NCBI GenBank assembly: GCA_963758735.1
Contig: CAVWWT010000004.1
Coordinates: forward strand, 166,579-230,578
Direction: 5' to 3'
Length of the DNA: 64,000 nt
Source: an uncultured Verrucomicrobiae bacterium
Lineage (GTDB): Bacteria > Chlamydiota > Chlamydiia > Chlamydiales > Rhabdochlamydiaceae
This document shows, piece after piece, positions 38,051-47,371 of this stretch; position 1 is the stretch's first letter, and each line of letters begins with the position of its first letter. The translations under genes were made by a program, and so were the position numbers. The notes beneath the pieces were generated by a model. The model did not search any database, was not told the origin of the DNA, and worked only from the letters and a program-made list of their open reading frames with translations.

Positions 38051-39457
38051 CTAGCAGATCACAGTGTTGTTGTGGATCGCCTTGCGGAAAGACCTCCCCA
38101 AGAAAATGGCGATGACAAGCCAGGCGCCTAGCAGCGGGAAGCAAAGGGCTCCGCTTAACATTAAATAGTGCGACTTGCCCGCAAGCGCTCCGAATGCCGA
38201 TTGCAAAGGAGCAAGCGACATGTTAAAAGTTGAGCCCGCCTGTTTAGAGGTACGTGAGCCAAATGTCTCAATCCAGGCCTGAGCCTTAAATTTCACATCA
38301 GGCGTCGTAGGAATGTAGAGCTGTTTTAAAGCCGGACCGTTAAGCGCATAATTAATGGCCTTTGAGCCCACCATAAGCGCAAATAGGAAAGAGAGGGAGT
38401 TTAAAGTTAAAAATCCTAAAAGTGCCCCCGCAACGATGACAGGCATTGCAGCGAGTGCCACACCCACCCCTAAGAAACGGGTAACGTTGCTGATCCCCAA
38501 AAGCAAACAGGATAAAGAGACAATGCTCACACTTGAGGCATAAATGCTCAGGTAGTTACTGAGAGCCACGCCTGAATAAGCCGTACTTGCCGAAATTTTG
38601 AAGTTGAAATCAAAAATCGTGACCACAACCTCATAAATGAAGTTGGCCGCAAAAATCCCAAGAAGATACCGATGCTTAAGTAGAAGCTTAAGGCCTTCAA
38701 AAAACCCAGGCTCTTGTTTCCTTTCTACCTCAGCTTCGTTTTTTCCATGAAATGAGGCGAGCAGGGGAGCAGGGGTAGCTCTTAAAAAGTACTTAACAAG
38801 AGGAATGATCGTCAAAACGAGCGCCGATAATATCAACATCGATACGGCATCGGTACCAAGGTGCAAACGGTGCGGCAATCCTCCAACGCTATAGGGGAGA
38901 AGAATCCCTCCGATCTGCCCGATCGCTACAACAAGGGGAAACCCTCTTTTTGCTGAAGCTGCAATGGTTGTATCTGTGGCAAAAGCCCAAAAAAGAGCGA
39001 TGACCAAAGATCCAAAGCTCTCAACAAAGACATAGAAAACATAGCCCGTAACCTTAGTCGCTATCAGAAATAGGGAAGAGCGGCTCGCAATCTCTCCTGC
39101 GGGAGCCTGAAACATCAACATCAATCCGCTAAAGACGAGCAGAGAGACCCCATAGAAAACGGGCAATATCAAAAGCATTTTCTCTCTAGAGGTCTTCTCG
39201 AGTAACTTCGTATAAAAAATTACTAGCGGCAAAAGACAGATCACAGATGCCGTTTTTGCAAACGGGAGCTGGAGTTTGTCCACCAGCTGGATAAAAACAG
39301 CGTCTTTGAGAGGGCGCAAGGTCCAATAAACCCCGATGATGAGCGCAAAAATCAGCCCCATCCTAAGAAATTTCTTAAACTCTTCTTTTTCAAAATTACC
39401 AAAGTTAAATCGACAGATCCATTGAAAGAATCGCAATACCCTACTCGTCTTCTCCAT
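38051..39457 (-). CDS. NTT/TLC (Npt1/Npt2-like) nucleotide transporter
   Basis: YWTLRPLKDAVF, YVFVESFGSL..LFWAFA, SKAINYALNGP.LKQLYIPT..VKFKAQAWIETFGSR. Confidence 0.92.
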   Translation of the reverse strand: MEKTSRVLRFFQWICRFNFGNFEKEEFKKFLRMGLIFALIIGVYWTLRPLKDAVFIQLVDKLQLPFAKTASVICLLPLVIFYTKLLEKTSREKMLLILPVFYGVSLLVFSGLMLMFQAPAGEIASRSSLFLIATKVTGYVFYVFVESFGSLVIALFWAFATDTTIAASAKRGFPLVVAIGQIGGILLPYSVGGLPHRLHLGTDAVSMLILSALVLTIIPLVKYFLRATPAPLLASFHGKNEAEVERKQEPGFFEGLKLLLKHRYLLGIFAANFIYEVVVTIFDFNFKISASTAYSGVALSNYLSIYASSVSIVSLSCLLLGISNVTRFLGVGVALAAMPVIVAGALLGFLTLNSLSFLFALMVGSKAINYALNGPALKQLYIPTTPDVKFKAQAWIETFGSRTSKQAGSTFNMSLAPLQSAFGALAGKSHYLMLSGALCFPLLGAWLVIAIFLGRSFRKAIHNNTVIC

Positions 39458-39531
39458 AAATTAGACTCCTTTTAAAATTTCACAATAACTAATTGTCTTT
39501 TATTTGTCTTCTTTATATAATCGATAATTAA

Positions 39532-39548
39532 AATCGAAAAAATCGATT
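39532..39548. promoter_or_regulatory. LysR-type T-N11-A dyad box
   Basis: AATCGA-AAAAA-TCGATT, a perfect dyad between divergent NTT and LysR genes. Confidence 0.65.
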
Positions 39549-39555
39549 TGAGAAA

Positions 39556-40443
39556 ATGGAAGGCTTTATGAAAGAATCCACGCTATTGTCCGAGGAAATG
39601 TTTTTGCAAAAGATTGAAAGCTCTCTAAAAAACTTGCGCGTGGCTGATTTGGAAGTTTTCATCACAGCGGCCCATTTAAAAAGCTTAGGCCAGTCCGCAT
39701 CCTTGCATCATTTGAGCCAAAGCGCTGCGAGCTCTGTCATTCAGCGGGTAGAGACCGCCTTTGGAATCCCTTTGTGCACCCATGAAAAGCGCCAGTTCCG
39801 ATTAACACGAGAGGGGCAAATCCTTTTCCCAAGGTTAGAGAATTGGGTCAAACAGCTTCGGGACCTCATCATTTCAAAAGATCAGATCCCCATACGCCTT
39901 GTCACAACTCACGCCATTGCGCAAATTGCCGTGCCCGAGCTCCTCTCAATCGATTATATCGACTTTAAACAGATGCGGCCCGACCACGCCTACGCCGCAA
40001 TTTTGCATGATGAGGCGGATATCGCCCTTGTGCTCGACAATGCCCCCTGGAAAAACGTGATTGCCACTGAAATTGGCAAAGGGCACTTTCAGCTCTATTC
40101 GAGTGATAAGGACTGTCCTCTTAAACCGGTCTTATTGCCCGAGGACCAGATGGAGGTTCTTTTTCTTCAGCAAAACTGGCAACAGGTCCACGGGTACTCG
40201 CTTCCCGTAAAATCCCGCATACCCAGCTGGTCGCTTATCGCCAGCATCTGCTCCAACTCTAAAGAGGTGGGCTTTCTTCCCGATTTTCTAGCTAAAAAAT
40301 CCCATTTGCATCCTGTAGAGTGGCAACCGGCCCCATCCGAGTACCGCGTGCTTGCCATCTACCGTAATACTGGGCAACACATGCAGGATCGGTTTGACCT
40401 ACTTACGCGTACATTGCGCCAAGTGTTTACAAATGATCCTTAG
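39556..40443 (+). CDS. LysR family transcriptional regulator
   Basis: LEVFITAA..SLGQSA..HLSQSAASSVIQRVETAFG..L....RQFRLTREG. Confidence 0.9.
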   Translation: MEGFMKESTLLSEEMFLQKIESSLKNLRVADLEVFITAAHLKSLGQSASLHHLSQSAASSVIQRVETAFGIPLCTHEKRQFRLTREGQILFPRLENWVKQLRDLIISKDQIPIRLVTTHAIAQIAVPELLSIDYIDFKQMRPDHAYAAILHDEADIALVLDNAPWKNVIATEIGKGHFQLYSSDKDCPLKPVLLPEDQMEVLFLQQNWQQVHGYSLPVKSRIPSWSLIASICSNSKEVGFLPDFLAKKSHLHPVEWQPAPSEYRVLAIYRNTGQHMQDRFDLLTRTLRQVFTNDP

Positions 40444-40476
40444 CCTGTTCAACATATACAGCTGACGCTGCAAAGT

Positions 40477-40502
40477 TATACCCAAGTTGTCTGAAAATTT
40501 GG
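40477..40502. repeat. Solo TATACCCAAGTTGTC arm
   Basis: Matches 1124-1149 at all but one position. Confidence 0.75.
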
Positions 40503-40523
40503 CCGCAATCGTGATCAGACTAT

Positions 40524-40565
40524 TAGTGGGTAAGGGATTGGGTTCCACCAATCCCTTACCCACTA
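40524..40565. repeat. 18-bp perfect TA-bounded hairpin
   Basis: TAGTGGGTAAGGGATTGG-GTTCCA-CCAATCCCTTACCCACTA. Shares its last TA with the next element. Confidence 0.85.
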
Positions 40566-40730
40566 TACCGAAATTGTTTCAAAAATTGGGTCCCAGGCTG
40601 CGTGAAAGCTCCCGCGGTTGAGTTCCCGCAAGTGGATCCATATTTGAGAACATAGGATCCACTTGCGGGAATCTCAACCCCGGGGCTTTGACGCAGCCTA
40701 GGACCCAATTTTTGAAACAATTTCGGTATA
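40564..40730. mobile_element. Modular palindromic MITE-like element, copy 2 (arm type B)
   Basis: 36-nt arms 40564-40599 and 40695-40730 around a 95-nt core. Confidence 0.88.
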
Positions 40731-40785
40731 TCTCAACAAAATCAACGATGGAAACGATAAGGATTTTTTTCTTATTTTTTCATCA

Positions 40786-41685
40786 TTATATCGTTATTTT
40801 GTTTCCATCATTGTCTTGTTGGGGCTGCCGTGGACTTTGCTGGAGTCCTGGCTGATTTTGAACCATTTCTAGAAGATGCTTTAAATCAAAATAATGAATT
40901 TTAAAACCGTGCTTGAGATATTCATAGGAATTCATAAAATCGACTATTTGAACAGAAAAACTATTATTTCTATTCCACAGATCGCATATTAACGGTTGCT
41001 GTTTAGAATTATATCCGCAAAAGAATCCTACATGCCTGCCTATTGGTTGTCTCGCACCGCAATCCTCGTTATGCCAAAAATATAATAGATCTCCAACTTT
41101 TAGACTGTTATCGGAGAAATTTGCCTCAGGAAGATTTAAAGGCTTTGGAAAATATTCGCGAATTAGGGTGCTTATGCGAGCTTGCATCTCTCTGAAAGAT
41201 TGATTATTGTCAGACTTGTACTCATTTAATTCCTTTGTCAAAACGTAAGCCACAAAATTAACACAATCTAATATTTCACATTTATGGTCTGTTGAATCTG
41301 ATGAAATCTGATGCGAAGCTAGTTCTTTTATATCTTTACTTGCTAAAAATGCTTTTAAATCGAACAGGTCTCGACAGGAAGGATAGATTTTTTCCAGAAC
41401 CTCGTCGGTCGACCTCACGTCGTAATAGATGCATTGTGTATAAAAAGTAGCCTTGGAGCCTCGCTGAACATCCCATTTGTGTAGACCGAAGTGAGATGTT
41501 GCAAAAAATATTTTTCCGGTTTTATCAGCGCAGTATAAAAGACTACTCCATATAAAATTACCCAATTCTTGTTCAAACGATTTCTTCACATTTTCGCGAA
41601 ATTTCATCTCTGATTCGATTTGAGGCGCGTCCGCATGTTGGGCTGCTCTCAAATGGCTAGGACTAATTGCTTTAATCTCAATCAT
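40786..41685 (-). CDS. Hypothetical protein with NlpC/P60-like Cys-His catalytic motifs
   Basis: LDCVNFV, KVGDLLYF, HVGFF parallel DCSGFV, GDLVFF, HVGIY. Confidence 0.65.
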   Translation of the reverse strand: MIEIKAISPSHLRAAQHADAPQIESEMKFRENVKKSFEQELGNFIWSSLLYCADKTGKIFFATSHFGLHKWDVQRGSKATFYTQCIYYDVRSTDEVLEKIYPSCRDLFDLKAFLASKDIKELASHQISSDSTDHKCEILDCVNFVAYVLTKELNEYKSDNNQSFREMQARISTLIREYFPKPLNLPEANFSDNSLKVGDLLYFWHNEDCGARQPIGRHVGFFCGYNSKQQPLICDLWNRNNSFSVQIVDFMNSYEYLKHGFKIHYFDLKHLLEMVQNQPGLQQSPRQPQQDNDGNKITI

Positions 41686-41974
41686 AATTCACCTATATAT
41701 TGGTTATTATACATGTTGTACTAATAAAACATATATACACTATACTAATTAAATGAATTAATTAGAAGTTTTTTATTAAAATAATAAAGCTTTTTTTTTA
41801 AAATGTAACCACCTAATTATCAATTACTTTTGCTTTTCAGTGGTGACACTTCAAAAAAACGCCTACATTAAAAATATAGTTATTAATAAAATATAAAATT
41901 TAATGTTATAACGATCGCCAAATCACTGCAAATATTTTTTTAAATTAAAGATATATAAAATATGAGGAAAAACA

Positions 41975-42310
41975 ATGATTCCAAGTATACGACTAACAAG
42001 CGCTAGTTCAAGTAACGAAGAGTGCTCTTTATTAGCCTTGCCAAAAGAGCAGTTCCAATCTATTTGTTCATGTGTGACTTCTTTTATCGTACCTGCAAAT
42101 GAGAACAATGTAGCTAAACCAAGAATTAGGAACTTTGCTCTCCTAACGATGGGAATGACCTTGACCCAAGTAGCGAGTCGGCCCAAACACTTCCATTTAG
42201 TCTGCTTTGTTAAGCCTTGCCCAAAGGGACAAGGCTTTCCTATTTTTTTAGAACTACAATTTCTCTTCGTTTTTAAGAATCTGAAAAATTCGTTTCTTAA
42301 GCCAAGGTAA
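41975..42310 (+). CDS. Short F-box-like remnant (probably truncated)
   Basis: GAGG RBS, polar N-terminus and SLLALPKEQFQSICS..IRNFALLT; no downstream effector domain. Confidence 0.3.
   Translation: MIPSIRLTSASSSNEECSLLALPKEQFQSICSCVTSFIVPANENNVAKPRIRNFALLTMGMTLTQVASRPKHFHLVCFVKPCPKGQGFPIFLELQFLFVFKNLKNSFLKPR
42212..42249. terminator. Intrinsic terminator-like hairpin between convergent genes
   Basis: AAGCCTTG-CCC-AAA-GGG-A-CAAGGCTT followed by a T run. Confidence 0.6.
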
Positions 42311-42407
42311 ATCGATCGATTTTTCGTTAAATTGCAGGAAGTAATCCCCAATCGCTTTGTTCAAAATCAGGCCTATGTTTGTGTACCATGTGTTATCCCA
42401 TAACACC

Positions 42408-43594
42408 CTCTGTACTGGACAAAAAAATAAGTTGATGACAAAGGCTCGCTGAAGAGCGATCATATCTCGTTGTTATTCAAGCATCGAGGTACAATGAAAC
42501 ACATCAGCGAGTTGCAAGCAACTTTATCCAATTTCTTTGATTGGCACAAGTCTCGTCTTAACTGCCTAGTGCAGATTCTCCAAGCCCTTTTCGCCGTTAG
42601 AACAGTCAATCTTACTCAGATTGCCGCGGCCTTCAAGACTTCTGTAAAGGAGGAGTCTTCTTATCGTAGAGTCTGTCGATTTTTCACCGGATTCTCATTC
42701 GACATAAGCACCATCGTTCTATTGGTTCTTCGCCTATTTCCCCTTGGAGACAAATACACCTTAATCCTCGATCGCACGAATTGGAAGTGGGGGAAATACC
42801 CCATCAATATCCTGGTACTCTCAGTAGCCTACTTAGGCATCAGCATTCCCATCTTTTGGGTCGTGCTGGACCTCGAGGGAACTTCTTGCGTTGAGGATCG
42901 AGTTGCAATTTTGAAACGGGCCATTCAGCAACTGGGAGTCGAAAAAATCGCAGTCCTTCTTGCTGACCGAGAATTTATTGGGACAGAATGGTTCGAATTC
43001 CTGATCGCAAACAAGATCCCCTTTGTGATCAGAATCAAAAAAAATTCCCATCTGAAAACCAAGGAAGGACACACAATCGCGGCAGGGATGTTGCGCAAAT
43101 ATCTCGGGAGAAAAAAGGTTATCAACTACCCCACCATTCTGTGGGGTCATTCTCTCTATGTTTCTGTTGAACGAAGAAGAGGTGCCAAGGAGCAGATGAT
43201 CGTTGTCTCCAATGTCGAGTTCGTGAATCCATTGGCGTTGTATCGAAGGCGTTGGGAAATAGAAACCTTGTTCGGGTGTCTAAAGGGCCGGGGATTTCGC
43301 ATGGAAGACACCCACATGGTAGACGCAGATAAAATCGAAAAACTGTTGTTTGTATTGGTGATCGGGTTTTGTTGGGCTTACCGAACTGGAGATATCAAAG
43401 CTCAGGAGGCCCCCATAGAGGTCAAGGCCCACGGAAGAAAGGCCCGGAGTTTATTCCGAGAGGGGCTGAACTGGATACGAAGGGCAATTTTTGGGGATAT
43501 GGGTCTGAGAGAATTTAGGCGGTTGTTGTCGTGTTTTATGTGTTCACAACCAAGGACTTGCGCTGCATGAAACTATTTTTTGTCCAGTACAAAG
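42408..43594 (+). mobile_element. IS4-family insertion sequence, 1187 bp
   Basis: TIRs CT(C/T)TGTACTGGACAAAAAA; 9-bp TSD CATAACACC at 42399-42407 and 43595-43603. Confidence 0.95.
42494..43570 (+). CDS. IS4-family DDE transposase (intact)
   Basis: LILDRTNWK, LLADREFIG, YRRRWEIETLF (YREK motif). Confidence 0.95.
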   Translation: MKHISELQATLSNFFDWHKSRLNCLVQILQALFAVRTVNLTQIAAAFKTSVKEESSYRRVCRFFTGFSFDISTIVLLVLRLFPLGDKYTLILDRTNWKWGKYPINILVLSVAYLGISIPIFWVVLDLEGTSCVEDRVAILKRAIQQLGVEKIAVLLADREFIGTEWFEFLIANKIPFVIRIKKNSHLKTKEGHTIAAGMLRKYLGRKKVINYPTILWGHSLYVSVERRRGAKEQMIVVSNVEFVNPLALYRRRWEIETLFGCLKGRGFRMEDTHMVDADKIEKLLFVLVIGFCWAYRTGDIKAQEAPIEVKAHGRKARSLFREGLNWIRRAIFGDMGLREFRRLLSCFMCSQPRTCAA

Positions 43595-44503
43595 CATAAC
43601 ACCAGATGGGTGTAGAGGGGGATATAGTCATGTGGATTGTCAGAGATGATGTAGGGAAACTCTATTAATTTATGGACCAGGTCCTTTCTGACAAAGGTGA
43701 TGTTTCCCGTGTAGGCAACTGGAATATAGCCCTTCTTTAGCCCCAGCTCAATTGCTGAGATAAAACTGCATCCGCAAGCTACTCTCGAAGGACACCATAG
43801 TTTTAATAGATCGATATTATATTCCTTTGAGGGTACCCCCGGAAGCTCTTCAAAGACGGGGTCTCTATAGGAGTTTGTTTCTATGATAACGATTTTAGGC
43901 TCAAATTCAGTAAGGTTCTCCCATACGAAATAATCATCGTAGTCGATATCAATGGACAAGACATCGAGATCGCGTGGTAATTTTCCCTTTTTTAGCCAAG
44001 CATTGAGATCGTATTTTTTGTCATTGTGCACAACGGCGCCATAGATCGCTTGCACTTGGGGATAGGGTTTGTAATTTTCAGAGCATTTTACAAAGCGTGA
44101 GCTATCGGGTTCGATTGCAATCCCTGAAAAATTGTAATTTTTAATCAGATTATACGTGTTGCTACAGGTAATACCATCGGATGCGCCGAATTCGCAAAAG
44201 GTCCCATTTTCTATTCCTAGCTCTTTAAGGATTTGCTCAAGAATCCCATCCTCACCATTTTGAGAATAGATGTTCTTGCAATATTTATGATAGGTGTCGC
44301 TAGGGACAGCAAACTTATATTCCAATCTTGAGTCCGAAGGATAAAATGCTAGCTCATTCAGATAGTTGTCCGGGTAACAACTACTTGATATGAAAACAGC
44401 AGCTAAAACAATATAAACTTTTCTCATCCAAATCTTTACCATATTCAAAATCCTTAGGTTGTGTGTATACTTTGTCATTCATTTGGAGCTTTAGAAATCG
44501 CGG

Positions 44504-45373
44504 GTGAAGCTAGTACCACTTTTTATAATTTTTTCTACTTTCCCCCTCCTTTTCTTCAATGTTGACAAAATTAGAGCCGAATCAGAGTTTAAAAGCGAAT
44601 ATTTTAATGTGCACGGGGATGAAATGAACAATGAATGGCTAGACGGCATTAAAAGCACGACACCAGTTGAGGGGAGAATCGAAACAAAGGACGCTGATGG
44701 CGCACCAATCACATTGGAATGGAAAAAAGCGGGTATCCTTTCACCTGATCTTGCCCATTTCAAAAAGACAATAAGCGAACTTGCAAGCGAAGAGCTATCT
44801 CGCAGTGAATTGCAATTTTTGCGCACATATCCAGAAGCCGTTTCCCAAGAACTTTTCCTTAAGTCCTGTGCACCGCTTTTAGAATGCGGCCCAGAAAATG
44901 CCGACTGGGATGCAATTAAGGAAAAAATCCAAGAAACCATCAAACAGTTCTACTTGATGGACCTCACGAAATTCGCCCCTGAGATCATTGCTCCTCTTTT
45001 GGACGATATTTACATCTTCGCAACCCTCAAAAATCAAGATGAGTTGCTCGGATTCATTTTATTTTCAGTGACCCCGGCGCTTACCCAAGGCAACATCAAA
45101 CTCATCAATCTGGTTGTCAGATCAACAAAGAGCCATCTCGGTTTGGAAAAAATTCTCCTAAACTCCATTTTCAAACTTCTCCCGCAGACAACTAGGATCT
45201 TTGTTTATACAAGACCAAGCAATGAAACCGCTATTCAGATGTACCATTCCTTCGGTTTTACCGAGGATACCAATCCCTTCCAGGATCCCAATCATAAGGT
45301 CAATGCCAAATACCTAACCTCTTTCGACTATAAAACTAATACATCCACGTTATTACAAGGTTCCCCCTTATGA
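44504..45373 (+). CDS. Signal-peptide protein with C-terminal GNAT-like domain
   Basis: Hydrophobic N-terminus; LINLVV..HLGLEKILL..TRPSNETAIQMYHSFGF. Confidence 0.7.
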   Translation: MKLVPLFIIFSTFPLLFFNVDKIRAESEFKSEYFNVHGDEMNNEWLDGIKSTTPVEGRIETKDADGAPITLEWKKAGILSPDLAHFKKTISELASEELSRSELQFLRTYPEAVSQELFLKSCAPLLECGPENADWDAIKEKIQETIKQFYLMDLTKFAPEIIAPLLDDIYIFATLKNQDELLGFILFSVTPALTQGNIKLINLVVRSTKSHLGLEKILLNSIFKLLPQTTRIFVYTRPSNETAIQMYHSFGFTEDTNPFQDPNHKVNAKYLTSFDYKTNTSTLLQGSPL

Positions 45374-45876
45374 CAGATGCAAAAGTAACGATTAGGCAAG
45401 CAATGGTGGAAGACGCTCCTTTCATCGCGAAAGCCGAGCAGGAGATTGCTAATGAACCCGGTTTTTTTTGCTCTTTGCCGTCAGAACTTAGCGAAGAAAA
45501 GGTCAAGCAGACCATCGAGTCGATACAAGGCATCTACCTCGTTGCTGAAAAGGGCGCCCACATTGTTGGCCACGCTTTTTTAGAGCGCCTGCCGCTACAA
45601 TCGATTTCCCATGTGGCCCAACTGACTATTGTCGTGCACAAAGGATATCAGGAGAAGGGGATAGGGTCTATGCTTATGGAAAGACTCATAGAATGGGCCA
45701 AACGCTCCAAAGTGGTTGAGAAAATCGAACTGAACGTCCGAGCCTCCAATTCTCGAGCGATCGCTCTTTACAAAAAGATGGAATTCCACGAAGAGGGGAG
45801 GCTAAAAAGACGAGTCAAAGCAGGAGACCGGTATCTCGACGATATCCTTATGGCACTTCAGATTAATAGGACCTAA
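45370..45876 (+). CDS. GNAT N-acetyltransferase
   Basis: IVVHKGYQEKGIGSMLM, IELNVRASNSRAIALYKKMEF. Confidence 0.92.
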   Translation: MTDAKVTIRQAMVEDAPFIAKAEQEIANEPGFFCSLPSELSEEKVKQTIESIQGIYLVAEKGAHIVGHAFLERLPLQSISHVAQLTIVVHKGYQEKGIGSMLMERLIEWAKRSKVVEKIELNVRASNSRAIALYKKMEFHEEGRLKRRVKAGDRYLDDILMALQINRT

Positions 45877-46111
45877 AAACCACCCGCCATCCATTCGCCT
45901 TGAATTGAAAGGGGCGATTTCACCATTTTTTGGTAAAAAAAAGATTACTATTATCGATTTTTCATTATTGTGGAATTATTCAATTGATTCTCAATAGTTT
46001 ACGTAATATAAAATAATCATTGATAAATTATTTACTTTATACTATAATGAATAACTAAGAGATCTGAGTATTTTAATTAATTATTTAAAAATAAAAAAAA
46101 AGGTGGAAATA

Positions 46112-46663
46112 ATGAACCCAGTCAAACAAATAACAAACCACGTTAGAATTGCAAACCCTAATGCAGCCGATTTCGAAGGCCCGATATGGGGCCTACCGGA
46201 TGAGACAATTGAATGCATTTCCTCTTGCATTATCCTTGCCGCCAACTGGAAAAGTGGTTTCCAATGCATTCAAAAAGAGAAGCAACAAGATCTCATTGAA
46301 TTCGTAACGATACCGAAAGGATTCACTCTTAAACAGCTGCAAAATGACACACAATTAGCCCAGCTGCTAAAAGATAAACTGCAAGTGGATGACAAGTTCG
46401 CAAGGATTGCTACGGACCACTCAGAGAAGCTTTTACCTTGGAGGGATCTTGCATCTTTTGCGGGAACATGCAAACGTATTTATTCGATTGTAAATTCTAA
46501 GGTCTATTCTGATCTTTCAATAATGAAGGTGAGAGAGTTTACAAATGGACAGATTTGTTTATTTAACCTTCTTAAACTCAAAGCCGAGTGTACATCCGAT
46601 CTCCTCGCATTAGATATACAGGCTCGCGTGGAAGCGACTAGAAGCTCTTGCTCGATCCAGTGA
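46112..46663 (+). CDS. Hypothetical effector with a split F-box-like motif
   Basis: IWGLPDETIECI ... WRDLASFAGTCKRIYSIV separated by a long insert; AT-rich upstream region. Confidence 0.5.
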   Translation: MNPVKQITNHVRIANPNAADFEGPIWGLPDETIECISSCIILAANWKSGFQCIQKEKQQDLIEFVTIPKGFTLKQLQNDTQLAQLLKDKLQVDDKFARIATDHSEKLLPWRDLASFAGTCKRIYSIVNSKVYSDLSIMKVREFTNGQICLFNLLKLKAECTSDLLALDIQARVEATRSSCSIQ

Positions 46664-46665
46664 TC

Positions 46666-46697
46666 TACTCAAGTTGTCTCAAAAGTTGGGCATACAG
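46666..46697. repeat. Degenerate copy of the 1124-1157 palindrome
   Basis: TACTCAAGTTGTCTCAAAAGTTGGGCATACAG versus TACCCAAGTTGTCTCAAAATTTGGGTATACAG. Confidence 0.75.
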
Positions 46698-46834
46698 ACA
46701 TCGTTGGATGGGTGATACTACCTGGTGTCGGTCCCTGGCCAGCCCTCTATTAACGTCTGATAATTGATCTTATGTTGTGGCTAGGACCAGAGACAATAGC
46801 GCTTTCAAAGTCATAAGCTTTTAATAGTTTTTCA

Positions 46835-47371
46835 TCAGCCTTGGAACAATCTTCGGACACTGCTGGCATCAACATTTCCATCGGGAAAGATTTCAAAGAA
46901 GTACTTCAGCTGCCACCCTTGAGTTTTTTTAGCCTGCTTATTCTCTGCGATATCCCAAGACGGATAGATACGCATCGCCCGCTTTCCACCTTTTCCTTCC
47001 TTCGAAATGATCCCTTTCTCAAATAAAACGGCTTTAGGGAAGACAAACTGCCCAAAGCGATCGCCGGCTCTAACGCTGATGACGAAAAGGTCAATGGGAT
47101 CGGCCAGGTCATGAGGTAAAATGACCCCATCTCCAATGCGCTTCCATAGGGTGACAAATTGACCCATCTTTGTAGGTGTGATCTTTCCGACTCGAAACTT
47201 GATCCGTTTGCCATTCATTTCGAACACACAGGCTCCGTATTCCTCGCTTTCAGGCTCTTTCTGCAGATTCTCGCATAAGAAGCCGCAAGGTCCATAAATA
47301 AGCTCTTTTGCCGCGAGAAGGTCAGAAGGAAAGATATTGTCTGTTTTTATATAGGGATTCATCAGCGACAT
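46835..47371 (-). CDS. MepB family protein
   Basis: ESEEYGAC.F..NGK.IKFRVGKITPTKMGQFVTLWKR..GKRAMRIYPSWD. Confidence 0.88.
   Translation of the reverse strand: MSLMNPYIKTDNIFPSDLLAAKELIYGPCGFLCENLQKEPESEEYGACVFEMNGKRIKFRVGKITPTKMGQFVTLWKRIGDGVILPHDLADPIDLFVISVRAGDRFGQFVFPKAVLFEKGIISKEGKGGKRAMRIYPSWDIAENKQAKKTQGWQLKYFFEIFPDGNVDASSVRRLFQG

Larger units (their letters stand above)
42254..44427 (-). pseudogene. FkbM-like methyltransferase with signal peptide, split by IS4
   Basis: YSQNGEDGIL, EFGASDG..SNT, LSIDIDYDDY. Removing the IS and one TSD restores ..YTHLVL|WDNTWY..EEKL* (978 nt, 325 aa). Confidence 0.88.

Noticed and set aside
46720-46800. Weak inverted repeat (GGTCCCTGGCCA / TGGCTAGGACC)
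   Set aside because: Too degenerate, and no second copy seen.
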